DNA from: Candidatus Poribacteria bacterium
GTDB taxonomy: Bacteria; Poribacteria; WGA-4E; WGA-3G
Reading direction: 5' to 3'
Length of the DNA: 64,000 nt
Assembly (NCBI GenBank): GCA_965197475.1
Contig: CBDANF010000003.1
Coordinates: 4,064,001 to 4,128,000, forward strand
The translations under genes were made by a program, and so were the position numbers. Shown here piece after piece: positions 30,292 through 40,412 of the stretch (the stretch's first letter is position 1; each line of letters opens with the position of its first letter). Under the pieces are notes generated by a model. That model searched no databases. It was not told the DNA's origin and worked only from the letters and a program-made list of their open reading frames with translations.

Positions 30292-32739
30292 TTATACAAA
30301 TACCTCAGAAAAGACTTCGGACATATTTTCAACAAAGTAGAATGCAAGTCCTTCCTGGATATCTTCTGGAATCTCAACAAAATCCTTTTGATTCCCTTGT
30401 GGGACAATGACTTTTTTAATACCCGCCTGTTTAGCAGCAAGGATTTTCTCTTTGATACCGCCAATAGGCAACACCCTGCCTCTCAAGGTCAACTCCCCAG
30501 TCATAGCGATTTCTGGATCAATGCCTCGCTTTGTAGCTATAGAAGCCAGGGCAGCGGCAATTGTGATGCCTGCAGAGGGACCGTCCTTGGGAATAGACCC
30601 CGCAGGCACATGGATGTGGATATCATCTTGTAGTACGAGTGAATCGAATTCAAGTGAAGACGCTTGCGATTTGATATAAGTTAATGCAGTTTGTGCCGAT
30701 TCTTGCATCACACCCCCTATCTGCCCAGTGATAAGGAGGTCGCCCTTTCCACTTTGCTTTTGTGAGGCAGTTGCTTCTACAAACAGGATTTCACCGCCGG
30801 CAGGTGTGACAGAGAGCCCGGTAGCAACACCGACATCAGCAGTTCTACCAGCGATTTCAGAGTCAAACTTTGGGGGACCGAGATAATTCGGTATTTCTCT
30901 AATACCAATCTTAGCACGGTCAGTTTGACCTTCTGCCACGCGGCGTGCGGATTTGCGGCAGAGCTTGCCAAGTTCGCGCTCCAGATTCCGAACACCTGCC
31001 TCGCGGGTATATTTCATGATGACCTTTTCAATCGCTGCACTGGAAATACCTAATTGCTTTTTAGTAATTCCATTTTCCGTAAGTTGACGAGGGATGAGAT
31101 ACTGTTTAGCAATCTGCTTTTTCTCGGTTGAAGTGTAACCCGGCAACTCAATTGTTTCCATTCGATCGCGAAGTGGTGGCGGAATTGTGTGAAGTTGGTT
31201 TGCTGTCGTGATGAACATGATCTGCGACAAGTCAAATGGAACATCCAAATAATTATCAGTGAATGCATGGTTTTGTTCAGGATCGAGCACTTCAAGTAAT
31301 GCAGCCGCAGGATCACCTCGAAAATCGGAACCGAGCTTGTCTACTTCGTCAAGCATAAAGACTGGATTATTGGATTCTGCCTGCCGTAGCCCTTTAATGA
31401 TACGACCAGGCATTGAACCGATATAGGTGCGCCGATGCCCGCGAATCTCGGCTTCGTCGTGCATCCCACCTAAGGAGAGACGGACAAATTTTCTACCGAT
31501 AGCGCGCGCAATTGATCTACCGAGAGATGTTTTTCCCACCCCAGGCGGTCCTACGAAACAAAAGATAGGTCCCTTCATGTCAGACTTGAGAATTCGCACA
31601 GCAAGATGTTCAACAATACGTTCTTTGACTTTCGTCAAATTGTAGTGGTCTGCATCAAGAATCTCCATCGCCTTTGAGAGGTCGATAGAGTCTTCTGTGT
31701 TGACTGCCCACGGTAGATTAAGAAGCCAATCCAAATAATTCCGTGATACGGTTGATTCTGGAGAATAGGATTGCATTTTGGAAAGACGATTCAGTTCTTT
31801 GATAGCTGCTTTGTGTGCTTTCGACGGTAAATTGGCATCTTTCAACTGTTCGCGCATTTCGTTAACATCAGACGCTAAATCATCTGCCTCACCAAGTTCT
31901 GTCTGAATTGCTTTGAGTTGTTCACGTAGAAAGTATTCACGTTGTCCTTTATTGATAACAGCTTGTGCATTGGATTGAATTTTGCTTTCCAACTCATGGA
32001 GGTCAACCTCTTTTGCGAGGATCACAGTAAGTTTATTCAGTCGATCAATGATCGGGATTGCCTCAAGAACCTGCTGCTTTTCTTGAGGTTTAAGGTCTAA
32101 GACAGCGGCGATATAATCGGCTAAACGCCCAGGTTCATCAATACTTTTGGTCAGGATCCCATATTCTTCCTGATAACGGGAGGATAGTTGGACAATCCGT
32201 TGGAACATTTCGTCGGTACTACGAACAAGTGCTTCGATTTCTAAATCGCCCTCGTCACCATCTTCAATATCCACTTCATCTTCATCTTGTAGAAGACGAA
32301 CGCGTGCCTTTAAGAATGGCTCAGTGTGAAGTATCTCCTCAATTTGAACCCGAGCACGACCATTGGCAAGAAATAGCATATCTTCTTCATCTTTTTTCGC
32401 ACGAGGAATGTGAATTAGACTGCCAATAGGACGTAATTCTTCCAAGGTCATGTCTTTCACTGCGCGCGGGTCTGTGTCGAGACTGCGACCTGAAGTGGTT
32501 TGGAAAATACAGAGCATCCGATCACCGTTTAACATCGCATCGTCAACAGCATCCATAACCATCTTTCCTGACAACGCAACATGATGCGGCGGGAATGGTG
32601 GAGATGGCGGCATATAGGGAAAAATTACAAGATCATCTACTGGGAGGACCGCTAGTTCCGCCGTCTCTAAGGTTTTTTCAACGTTCTCATGTTCTTCAGA
32701 ATTTTCAGGTTCTGTGGTGTTTTCGTGTTCAATTTCCAT
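30292..32739 (-). CDS. lon: ATP-dependent Lon protease
   Basis: GPPGVGKTS; GHRRTYIG; LDEVDK; PKDGPSAG. Confidence 0.97.
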   Translation of the reverse strand: MEIEHENTTEPENSEEHENVEKTLETAELAVLPVDDLVIFPYMPPSPPFPPHHVALSGKMVMDAVDDAMLNGDRMLCIFQTTSGRSLDTDPRAVKDMTLEELRPIGSLIHIPRAKKDEEDMLFLANGRARVQIEEILHTEPFLKARVRLLQDEDEVDIEDGDEGDLEIEALVRSTDEMFQRIVQLSSRYQEEYGILTKSIDEPGRLADYIAAVLDLKPQEKQQVLEAIPIIDRLNKLTVILAKEVDLHELESKIQSNAQAVINKGQREYFLREQLKAIQTELGEADDLASDVNEMREQLKDANLPSKAHKAAIKELNRLSKMQSYSPESTVSRNYLDWLLNLPWAVNTEDSIDLSKAMEILDADHYNLTKVKERIVEHLAVRILKSDMKGPIFCFVGPPGVGKTSLGRSIARAIGRKFVRLSLGGMHDEAEIRGHRRTYIGSMPGRIIKGLRQAESNNPVFMLDEVDKLGSDFRGDPAAALLEVLDPEQNHAFTDNYLDVPFDLSQIMFITTANQLHTIPPPLRDRMETIELPGYTSTEKKQIAKQYLIPRQLTENGITKKQLGISSAAIEKVIMKYTREAGVRNLERELGKLCRKSARRVAEGQTDRAKIGIREIPNYLGPPKFDSEIAGRTADVGVATGLSVTPAGGEILFVEATASQKQSGKGDLLITGQIGGVMQESAQTALTYIKSQASSLEFDSLVLQDDIHIHVPAGSIPKDGPSAGITIAAALASIATKRGIDPEIAMTGELTLRGRVLPIGGIKEKILAAKQAGIKKVIVPQGNQKDFVEIPEDIQEGLAFYFVENMSEVFSEVFV

Positions 32740-32876
32740 TACTATCTTTTCTCCTTTTCTAATTCTCTCAACTCAGCTGCATCGCTACGCTGATCTTCAT
32801 ACAGCATCATTTTAAAACTTCTAAGGCGATATATGAGGAGCCTCCCGCAAGCATTCCCAGAACTATAAAAGAAAGT

Positions 32877-34010
32877 TTACTGTTCATCTGAAGCATCTTT
32901 GCTGGACTGATGGACACTGTTAATCCATCCGCGTTCTCCTTCAATAACTACCTCTGTCTTAAGTTCAGCGCACCGTTTTTGATAATCTTGCAATGTCTCT
33001 ATAGCGGATTCTTCCAAATTTTCATCAGTAACATCGGTAGTCTCTGAAGCAGAATCTTTGGCTTTGAGGAGGATCGGTTGAGGAATTGACGCACCCCGTT
33101 TATCTGTTAAAATAGGTATTAATTCAATAGACTTGAGTGCTCCTTCTACAAAAGTCACTTTAGGAATAATTGTGCGTGCATGCTGTAACTCATAGGTGTC
33201 ATAGATGAAGTCTGCCAAACTGTAGATAATTGGTTTTTCGTTGTAGAGTTCTATCCCACCAAGGGTATGGAGTTGTTGGCACAAAACTAAATCGGCACCA
33301 GCATCAATGAGTGCTTGTGCAAAGATGCGTTGGCGTCCAACACTTGCTTGTCGTGTTGCCGTTTCTGATTCTCTCTTACCCCAATGGAGCCAGACAATAA
33401 CAAGTTCTGCGGTTTCATCTACCTGTCGGACAGCATTCATCATTTGGCTATAGGCAGCAGATGCAACAACGTTCAGCGATGCCATATTGAATTCATTTCC
33501 GCGCAAATACGCCAATAAGGCAACTTTTTTAGAGTTGACATCCAACCATGCAGGGGCATTTGCCGCTTCAGGTGAAGTTCCAGCTCCCATTGATTTAACG
33601 TTATACCATTCCAAATTGGTTACCGTATCTTCAAGTGCTTCAACCCCAAAATCCATGATATATGGTGTCGCTAAGGATATTGCGTCAAACCCTGCATTTG
33701 CGAGTGCACGCGCAAGTCCAGGTGCAGCACGGAAACGCAGTTCTCGCCTCGGATCCGGCTCCCCTCTATCTGAAATGCTGGTGTTAAGGGATACTGTTGC
33801 AACATCTGCTGATTGAATGACAGATGCTGTGCCCTCAAAAAATATACCCGCACCCTGACGTTCGATCAATGGTGTCAAGCTGCTTCCTACTGTAATATCC
33901 CCTATGGCGATGACAGATATCTCTTCAGTGTCCGACTGCGAAGCATTTAATGTGATGCTGGTCTGTATAAATAGAAAGACAAAAATGAGAAAGAGTGTTG
34001 TGTTTTTCAT
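32877..34010 (-). CDS. CapA/PGA_cap family protein with degenerate metal ligands
   Basis: GDITVG, AGFDAISLA, LHWG, DAGADL and YSLADF; signal peptide. Confidence 0.8.
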   Translation of the reverse strand: MKNTTLFLIFVFLFIQTSITLNASQSDTEEISVIAIGDITVGSSLTPLIERQGAGIFFEGTASVIQSADVATVSLNTSISDRGEPDPRRELRFRAAPGLARALANAGFDAISLATPYIMDFGVEALEDTVTNLEWYNVKSMGAGTSPEAANAPAWLDVNSKKVALLAYLRGNEFNMASLNVVASAAYSQMMNAVRQVDETAELVIVWLHWGKRESETATRQASVGRQRIFAQALIDAGADLVLCQQLHTLGGIELYNEKPIIYSLADFIYDTYELQHARTIIPKVTFVEGALKSIELIPILTDKRGASIPQPILLKAKDSASETTDVTDENLEESAIETLQDYQKRCAELKTEVVIEGERGWINSVHQSSKDASDEQ

Positions 34011-34017
34011 AATTCTT

Positions 34018-34485
34018 TTATTCTTTTTTCAGTTGAGTACCGATCGCTATCAAAGCATCCGCAAGAGCTTGTCGGTCTAGCTGGTTGGTGTTTTGGAGCA
34101 TTTGTGTTTCCGTCTGAAGCCCATCAATTTGCGCCTGAAAATCAGTTGCAAACTCATTGATGAGCATGGACAACTTTTCAAGGTCATTCTCACTACGACT
34201 AATGAGTTCGTCTATACGACTATCAACGCGACGCACTATGTTGTCCGGTATATTACCGTATTGCGCTTTTACATCTGATATTTCCTTCAATAACCTTGCT
34301 TCGACTTCAGCGATATTCTGTTGGACAGTTTCAAATTCTTGGGTCAATCTTTCGAGTTTTTCATTGTAATTACGGAAATCGTCTCCAAAAATATTGTCTC
34401 TGAGATAGGATTCTAAGTTTTGCGGATTTGTCTGTTGTGGTTCTTGTGTATCTTCTATCACAGGCGGTTGCTGTGTTTCTTTCAT
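34018..34485 (-). CDS. Hypothetical coiled-coil protein
   Basis: LRDNIFG motif followed by heptads; AAGGAG RBS before MKETQ. Confidence 0.65.
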   Translation of the reverse strand: MKETQQPPVIEDTQEPQQTNPQNLESYLRDNIFGDDFRNYNEKLERLTQEFETVQQNIAEVEARLLKEISDVKAQYGNIPDNIVRRVDSRIDELISRSENDLEKLSMLINEFATDFQAQIDGLQTETQMLQNTNQLDRQALADALIAIGTQLKKE

Positions 34486-34637
34486 TAAATGTCTCCTTTG
34501 CAAATCTTAGTAATTAACACTACGCATCCTATCTTTCTAAGGTTTCTAATATAAATATGCTGGTAGGCAACTATGGAATTTAGTATTATTTATGCGCTAC
34601 TGTAGGGTTCACATTTCACGATTTTACAATAAAAGTG

Positions 34638-35723
34638 TTATGGATAGTTATACAAATTTTCTGGCGTGCGATCATCTTGTTCTACGTCTAATTGTACTGT
34701 GGGTTGACCTTGTTCTACCGATTCATCTTTTGACTGTGTGCGGCTGGCGTTAAATTCACGGAGGATACAGTTGACGATTTCTTCGCTATACGCTTCCACA
34801 GAGACATGTCGCTGATTTGCTTCCCATGCCATTCGCGCTACCGCTTCAAAGTACTCGGCGTGTTTGTAAGCATCCAAAAGGTCTGTCCCACGTGAGAAGG
34901 TGCCATGTCCAACCCAGTAAAGAATATGACGCATTGGGGCAGAACCGTTTTCAAAAAGGCACAAACTCTCATAAGACAATTCCGGTATCCCAGGTACTCG
35001 TTCTTGGACGAACCCAATCCCACCAGAAGGATCGTAAATGATAGGTGTCTCCGGTTCGTATCCCTTAAGAAAATTATAAAAACGATCTGGGTGCCCGTGT
35101 TCTGTGCGCGAGATTAGGTTTAGAAACTTCGGCTGCAAGTGGACTAAGGCTTGAAATCCGTGTTTTTCCAGCTGCTCAAAAATCAGTAGGTAATGGAACA
35201 TCTCACTCGTGGGCACACACTGCTGTGACGTATTTTCCAGTACTGTGGAATTCTCTATCTCAGCCTGTGTCTGAGTGCCAAAACGCATTCGATAGTGTGT
35301 TCCATCTGCTTCTACCTCAATGACCGTAAGATTTAGCGCGGGGTGCTCTATGCCTATCATGTCTAACCGCGACCCCGATTTAGTCAAAAGTACATGCCTG
35401 CCTGCCAACCCTTTTACAACAATTGCTGCAGGTAATGCATACCGTGGTGACCCATCATAATCAATAAGACATTTCGCATCTATCGGTTCTGATAGTATCA
35501 CCCCCATGTTACCCGCTGAAGCCCATAAATAGTCGTGTGCATGTGCATGTGCCCCCACCCAACTCATTTGACCAATACATGTGCCTAATTCACTATCAGG
35601 TGAAATAGGATGGAGGTGCAATTGATAACCTCTTGCACACCACTGTCGGTAACGGTAACTGTGCGGAGGCGGTATTTGCTGGTGCGTCAGGTAAGGATTG
35701 ACTAATGATAAATTTGCTTGCAC
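34638..35723 (-). CDS. Class II aldolase/adducin family (RhaD-like) protein
   Basis: SAGNMGV, PTSEMFHY, ALVHLQP, WVGHG and AEYFEAVA. Confidence 0.65.
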   Translation of the reverse strand: MQANLSLVNPYLTHQQIPPPHSYRYRQWCARGYQLHLHPISPDSELGTCIGQMSWVGAHAHAHDYLWASAGNMGVILSEPIDAKCLIDYDGSPRYALPAAIVVKGLAGRHVLLTKSGSRLDMIGIEHPALNLTVIEVEADGTHYRMRFGTQTQAEIENSTVLENTSQQCVPTSEMFHYLLIFEQLEKHGFQALVHLQPKFLNLISRTEHGHPDRFYNFLKGYEPETPIIYDPSGGIGFVQERVPGIPELSYESLCLFENGSAPMRHILYWVGHGTFSRGTDLLDAYKHAEYFEAVARMAWEANQRHVSVEAYSEEIVNCILREFNASRTQSKDESVEQGQPTVQLDVEQDDRTPENLYNYP

Positions 35724-35808
35724 TATTTTATCGTTCTGTTCTGGAATACTTTAATTTTAAATAATACCATGTTTCAGAGGCTTTGGCAAGTTAAATCTCA
35801 AATTATGT

Positions 35809-35856
35809 ATAAAAACCCATCGCTTGACACACGCCCGTTTTTGCGTTAAAATTGAA
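35809..35856 (+). repeat. 48-bp direct repeat copy 1 containing a sigma70 promoter
   Basis: ATAAAAACCCATCGCTTGACACACGCCCGTTTTTGCGTTAAAATTGAA, identical to 38716-38763; TTGACA-17-TAAAAT. Confidence 0.9.
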
Positions 35857-35875
35857 CCACTAACAGAATCGAATA

Positions 35876-36796
35876 ATGGAGTGGGAGATGACACTAGAGA
35901 ATGTGCAAAACACCGAAATATCGGATCCGTTTGTTGAACCTTCGGATAGTGATACTTTATGGCGTTACATGAGTTTCGCTAAATTTATGGATTTATTAAA
36001 GAATGGGTTATTTTTCGCGAAAGCCTCTTTATTTAATGATCCGGCAGAAGGTCAGATACCGCAGAAGAATGTAAAAGAAATTCTTGCTATAGGTGAGAAA
36101 ATAAATAAGGAATATAATCCTAAATGGAAAGGAGATACAGTTCATGGAAGTACCCCGCCGTTTCATTCAGGTATTGATACAGCAGGAGCCTCTCGTCAAA
36201 CACTGTGTTCCTGTTGGTATTTACAACCTAATCAATCTGTTAGTATGTGGGACAGATATGGTAATGAAGGTGTTGCTATTAAAACAACTGTTGAACGTGT
36301 AAAAGAAGGTGTCAATGGATATAGGAAAATTTTTCGCATAGGAAAAATCAAGTATATTGACTACGACAATACGGTTGATTTCGGTTTGAATATCAGGTGG
36401 GAAAATCGTCAACCACGTTATGATCACAATTTTGACTACAAGAGATTTTTGCACAAACAAAAAGAATATGAGGACGAAAATGAAGTTAGACTCATAATGC
36501 TTAATGAATATTATAGCAAGATATTAAGTAGTTTTCTCACTATAGGGCAAGTTCGCGAGATACCATTAACAATTAATAAGAAATGGAAAAACACCTGGGG
36601 GTGTATAGAACTACCTATGAATGGTATATCTTTGCATATTAAACCTGAAATTCTTATTGAGAAAGTGTTTCTATCGGATAAAGCAGATCCTTTTATGAAA
36701 AAGTTAATTGAACAGATATTTGACGAAATGAACATCCAACCAAAACCAAAAGTAGTACAAACAAAATTGCTTCAACGACAGCATATATGGGTTTAA
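35876..36796 (+). CDS. DUF2971-like protein
   Basis: LWRYMSFAKF, FNDPAEG, CSCW, SMWDRY and HKQKEYEDENEVR; AT-rich. Confidence 0.75.
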   Translation: MEWEMTLENVQNTEISDPFVEPSDSDTLWRYMSFAKFMDLLKNGLFFAKASLFNDPAEGQIPQKNVKEILAIGEKINKEYNPKWKGDTVHGSTPPFHSGIDTAGASRQTLCSCWYLQPNQSVSMWDRYGNEGVAIKTTVERVKEGVNGYRKIFRIGKIKYIDYDNTVDFGLNIRWENRQPRYDHNFDYKRFLHKQKEYEDENEVRLIMLNEYYSKILSSFLTIGQVREIPLTINKKWKNTWGCIELPMNGISLHIKPEILIEKVFLSDKADPFMKKLIEQIFDEMNIQPKPKVVQTKLLQRQHIWV

Positions 36797-36892
36797 TCAA
36801 CCAAATTGCAAGAAAGTCTATCGTTAAACGACAATAGACTTTTATTCTCATCTTTAGAATTTGAGGTTGAAATTCGCATCGCCAAAAAATCG

Positions 36893-38305
36893 TTACAACA
36901 ACTGCCTTTCACCAAGAGGCATTTTTGGAAAAATACCCTTGAAAAAATCCTGAATCTCATAAATTTGAACACACGGAATTGACATGTCATAAACTGGATG
37001 CTCATAGATTCCTGCTCGCTGTGCCTCGTTCAACATGCCCTGTGTCGGTTTCCTCGTGACTACAAAAACCCCAAGGTCCGCTTTCTCATTGAGCATCGCT
37101 GTGCGGAAATCTCGAATCTGACTTAGCGTATAATTACCACCCTTAACCTGCGCGACCATCTTGCCGTACGCCTGCCTACCTTTTACCTTGCCGATGGGAA
37201 ATGTGTACGTGCCATCAATGCCACCGTCTGCTACTTTTTTTGCATTCGATTTAAACTTCAGCACATACGTTACACACCACTCTTCAAAGCCTCTCGAATC
37301 GGTGCTAGCGAGTTGCAATGCTGTTGTTGCATCTTCTGGCGTGCCTGTAATAGTAATGCTATCGCGCAGTTGTGGAAAGAACTTTTCTACCTGCATTTTG
37401 ACTGCCCCCGTTGCAAGGTAGGTGAGATCTATTCCTATCCATTGCCTTTCCTGTGATTCGGCTGCCATTAGCGTTGTTCCACAACCGCAAAACGGATCTA
37501 AGACGAGGTCACCCTTGTTTGATGACGCTTTGACGATACGTTCATAAAGTTCTAAAGGTTTTTGTGTAGGGTATCCAGTGCGTTCCTTGGAAGATGGCAT
37601 TATAGGTTGCATTACCCACCAATCTTCAGGGTGTTTTCCTTTTTCATTCATATTATAGTTGTCATAAACTCTGTTCCCTCTGAACGCTCTTGCTTTATAT
37701 TTTAGTCTATCTTGACTCTCTTGTGAATAAGGCACTCTAATATCGTCAACATTAAAAATCATATCATTGGTTTTAGAATACCTAAAAAGTATGTCGTGTT
37801 TTCTTGAAAAATCACTTTTTGGGACACCACCACCCCGATAACACCACACAATCTCATTTCTGAAATTTCCGGCACCAAAAACCGTATCAAGAATGATTTT
37901 GAGATAGTGGCTTGCAGAGGGATCACAGTGGAGGTAAAGTGAACCTGTGTCTTTGAGGACCCGGCGCATCTCAACGATTCTTGCAGCCATCATCACAAGG
38001 TATGCCATCATCGGTGTTTCATTCAAAAATTGCCGTAGTCCTTGAATAGCATCACCTATCTGTCCACCTTCCTCAACGATGAGATGCCTGCAGGTTTCCT
38101 CTGCAGCATCGCCCCATATCCAAGTATCGGTAAACGCCTTGACAAGAGAGTCAGGTTCTTGCCCACGTTCATCACGATATGGAACGAAGTAGTCGCGTTT
38201 GGAATTGAACGGTGGGTCTGTGGCAATAAGGTCAACGCATGCGTCCGGGAACTTACGCATCTCTTCTAAATTGTCGCCGCGAATTAAAGTGCGGTTGTTG
38301 TGCAT
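36893..38305 (-). CDS. Beta-class N6/N4 DNA methyltransferase fused to a C-terminal Mrr-like endonuclease domain
   Basis: DPPFNS; GYPTQKP; DPFCGCGTT; C-terminal ADGGIDG...AQVKGG; probable start MHNNRT. Confidence 0.85.
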   Translation of the reverse strand: MHNNRTLIRGDNLEEMRKFPDACVDLIATDPPFNSKRDYFVPYRDERGQEPDSLVKAFTDTWIWGDAAEETCRHLIVEEGGQIGDAIQGLRQFLNETPMMAYLVMMAARIVEMRRVLKDTGSLYLHCDPSASHYLKIILDTVFGAGNFRNEIVWCYRGGGVPKSDFSRKHDILFRYSKTNDMIFNVDDIRVPYSQESQDRLKYKARAFRGNRVYDNYNMNEKGKHPEDWWVMQPIMPSSKERTGYPTQKPLELYERIVKASSNKGDLVLDPFCGCGTTLMAAESQERQWIGIDLTYLATGAVKMQVEKFFPQLRDSITITGTPEDATTALQLASTDSRGFEEWCVTYVLKFKSNAKKVADGGIDGTYTFPIGKVKGRQAYGKMVAQVKGGNYTLSQIRDFRTAMLNEKADLGVFVVTRKPTQGMLNEAQRAGIYEHPVYDMSIPCVQIYEIQDFFKGIFPKMPLGERQLL

Positions 38306-38491
38306 GATAAAATCCTTAATCAAGTAGAATTGGGAAGCAGACATATCTTACGGTATGCTCTTCAGTACCTCCTTAAACTGTAAATTAGAAGTATATCACA
38401 AGAGCAACAGATTTGCAAATCACCCGTTTTGAATAAAAACGGGTATGTAAAGTTTTGCCACAAATCACCTTTAGAAAATTTTACTTAATTA

Positions 38492-38520
38492 TTGACAATC
38501 ATACTTATTTATGTTATAAT
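38492..38520 (+). promoter_or_regulatory. Perfect consensus sigma70 promoter
   Basis: TTGACA-17 nt-TATAAT. Confidence 0.65.
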
Positions 38521-38715
38521 TATTATTACATAATAAACCAAGGCGTAAATATACCTAAAATGTCCAAAGAACAAAGAGAAGGGAACATAAAAAACTTAAA
38601 ATCACGTCCTATTCCTTGTACCGCTTGACATTAGCACGTCCTTGGGACGTGCAAAACGTCCTAATTACAACTTACAAAACGTCCTGCATACAATGACAAA
38701 AACTTTACGCACCCA

Positions 38716-38763
38716 ATAAAAACCCATCGCTTGACACACGCCCGTTTTTGCGTTAAAATTGAA
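38716..38763 (+). repeat. 48-bp direct repeat copy 2, probable fumC promoter
   Basis: Identical to 35809-35856. Confidence 0.9.
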
Positions 38764-38857
38764 ACTGCTAAATAGAAAACAGACGGAGTCTTTACGCGCA
38801 ATCAAAAAAGATAATTCCCGTCAGCATAAAAACGCAATCATTGAAAAGAGGAATTTG

Positions 38858-40249
38858 ATGAAAACACGAATAGAAAAAGATAGTTTAGGCGATGTAGAGG
38901 TCCCTGAGGATGCATATTGGGGTGCACAGACACAGCGCGCATACATCAATTTTGATATCGGGGACGAATATTTTCCACCTACATTCATTCGCTCACTTGC
39001 GATTATTAAGCATGCGGCTGCCACTGTCAACGTTGAGCTCGGTGGTATTACCCCAGAAATAGCTGACCTCATCTGCCGTGCTGCGGACGAAGTCGCAGAT
39101 GGTGGTCTTGCAGACCAGTTCCCACTTCGGATTTGGCAAACAGGTAGTGGGACACAGACACACATGAATATCAATGAAGTCATCGCAAACCGCGCGAATG
39201 AACTCGCCGGGGAAAGTCGCGGTGTGAAATCCCCTGTGCATCCGAATGACCATGTGAATCGTTCGCAATCGACGAACGATGTTTTTCCGACTGCTATTCA
39301 TATAGCGGTTGTGACGCAGTGCGTTGAACGCCTACTACCCGCAGCAGCAGCGTTACAAGGTGCATTAGAGGATAAGGCGCGGGAATTTTCGGGAATTGTA
39401 AAGACTGGCAGAACGCATTTGATGGATGCCACACCTCTGACCTTAGGACAAGTCTTCGGTGGGTATGCGCATCAGGTAGCACATGCACAGGAGGCGATTA
39501 AGAATACGTTGCCGCACCTATATGAGCTTCCGATCGGTGGAACGGCAGTCGGAACAGGGTTGAATACGCATCCTGATTATGCAGACGCAGTAGCATCTCG
39601 TATTACTGAACGCACTGGACATCCGTTTGTGAGTGCTCCGAATAAGTTCGAAGCGTTAGGAAGTCGTGACGCGCTCGTATCAGCAAGCGGTGCCATGAAA
39701 CGTCTTGCTTGCGCATTGTATAAGATTGCCAACGACATCCGTTGGTTAGGTAGCGGTCCCCGATGCGGTATCGGTGAATTGATTTTACCAGAGAACGAAC
39801 CGGGAAGCTCCATCATGCCCGGTAAAGTCAATCCAACGCAGTGTGAAGCGATGACGATGGTTTGTGCACAGGTGATTGGCAACGATACAACGATATCTTT
39901 GGCTGGCAGTGCAGGCAACTTTGAGCTAAACGTTTTTATGCCTGTGATCGCTTTCAACAGTCTGCAATCAATTCGGTTACTATCAGATGCGTGTGATGCG
40001 TTTCGGCAACACTGCGTTGTTGGAATTGAAGCGAACCAATCGGTAATCACCGGTTATCTGGAGGCATCCTTGATGTTGGTAACAGCATTGACACCTCGGA
40101 TAGGTTACGATGTAGCAGCAAAACTTGCACAGAAGGCACATCGGGAAGGTTCAACACTGCGCGAAGTCGCAGTTGAAGAGGGCGTGTTAACAGCAGAAGA
40201 GTTTGATACGCTCGTTGTGCCGAGTGAAATGGTAGCACCAAATTTATAG
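38858..40249 (+). CDS. fumC: Class II fumarate hydratase
   Basis: RIEKDSLG; [12 protein letters not shown]; GRTHLMDA; [15 protein letters not shown]. Confidence 0.97.
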   Translation: MKTRIEKDSLGDVEVPEDAYWGAQTQRAYINFDIGDEYFPPTFIRSLAIIKHAAATVNVELGGITPEIADLICRAADEVADGGLADQFPLRIWQTGSGTQTHMNINEVIANRANELAGESRGVKSPVHPNDHVNRSQSTNDVFPTAIHIAVVTQCVERLLPAAAALQGALEDKAREFSGIVKTGRTHLMDATPLTLGQVFGGYAHQVAHAQEAIKNTLPHLYELPIGGTAVGTGLNTHPDYADAVASRITERTGHPFVSAPNKFEALGSRDALVSASGAMKRLACALYKIANDIRWLGSGPRCGIGELILPENEPGSSIMPGKVNPTQCEAMTMVCAQVIGNDTTISLAGSAGNFELNVFMPVIAFNSLQSIRLLSDACDAFRQHCVVGIEANQSVITGYLEASLMLVTALTPRIGYDVAAKLAQKAHREGSTLREVAVEEGVLTAEEFDTLVVPSEMVAPNL

Positions 40250-40258
40250 TAATAGAAA

Positions 40259-40387
40259 AGGCGGGGTACAAAGACCCCGCCCTACAAGTAATTTATGAAC
40301 AGATAATTAGACAACTGGGGTTATACCGAATTAACGGGATTAGTCTTATTTTTATGGGCAGACAGCGCGCTTACAAAGCGCGCCTAC
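40259..40387. repeat. Two GTAG-type REP-like hairpins between convergent fumC and rpoC (may act as terminators)
   Basis: GGCGGGGT-ACAAAG-ACCCCGCC-CTAC and GCGCGCTT-ACA-AAGCGCGC-CTAC. Confidence 0.65.
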
Positions 40388-40412
40388 CGAGTGGGATCAA
40401 GTTAATTTGGTA

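Noticed and set aside
38759-38857. N-terminal extension of FumC in the ORF track
   Set aside because: Overlaps the promoter repeat; RBS (GAGG) and homology start at ATG 38858
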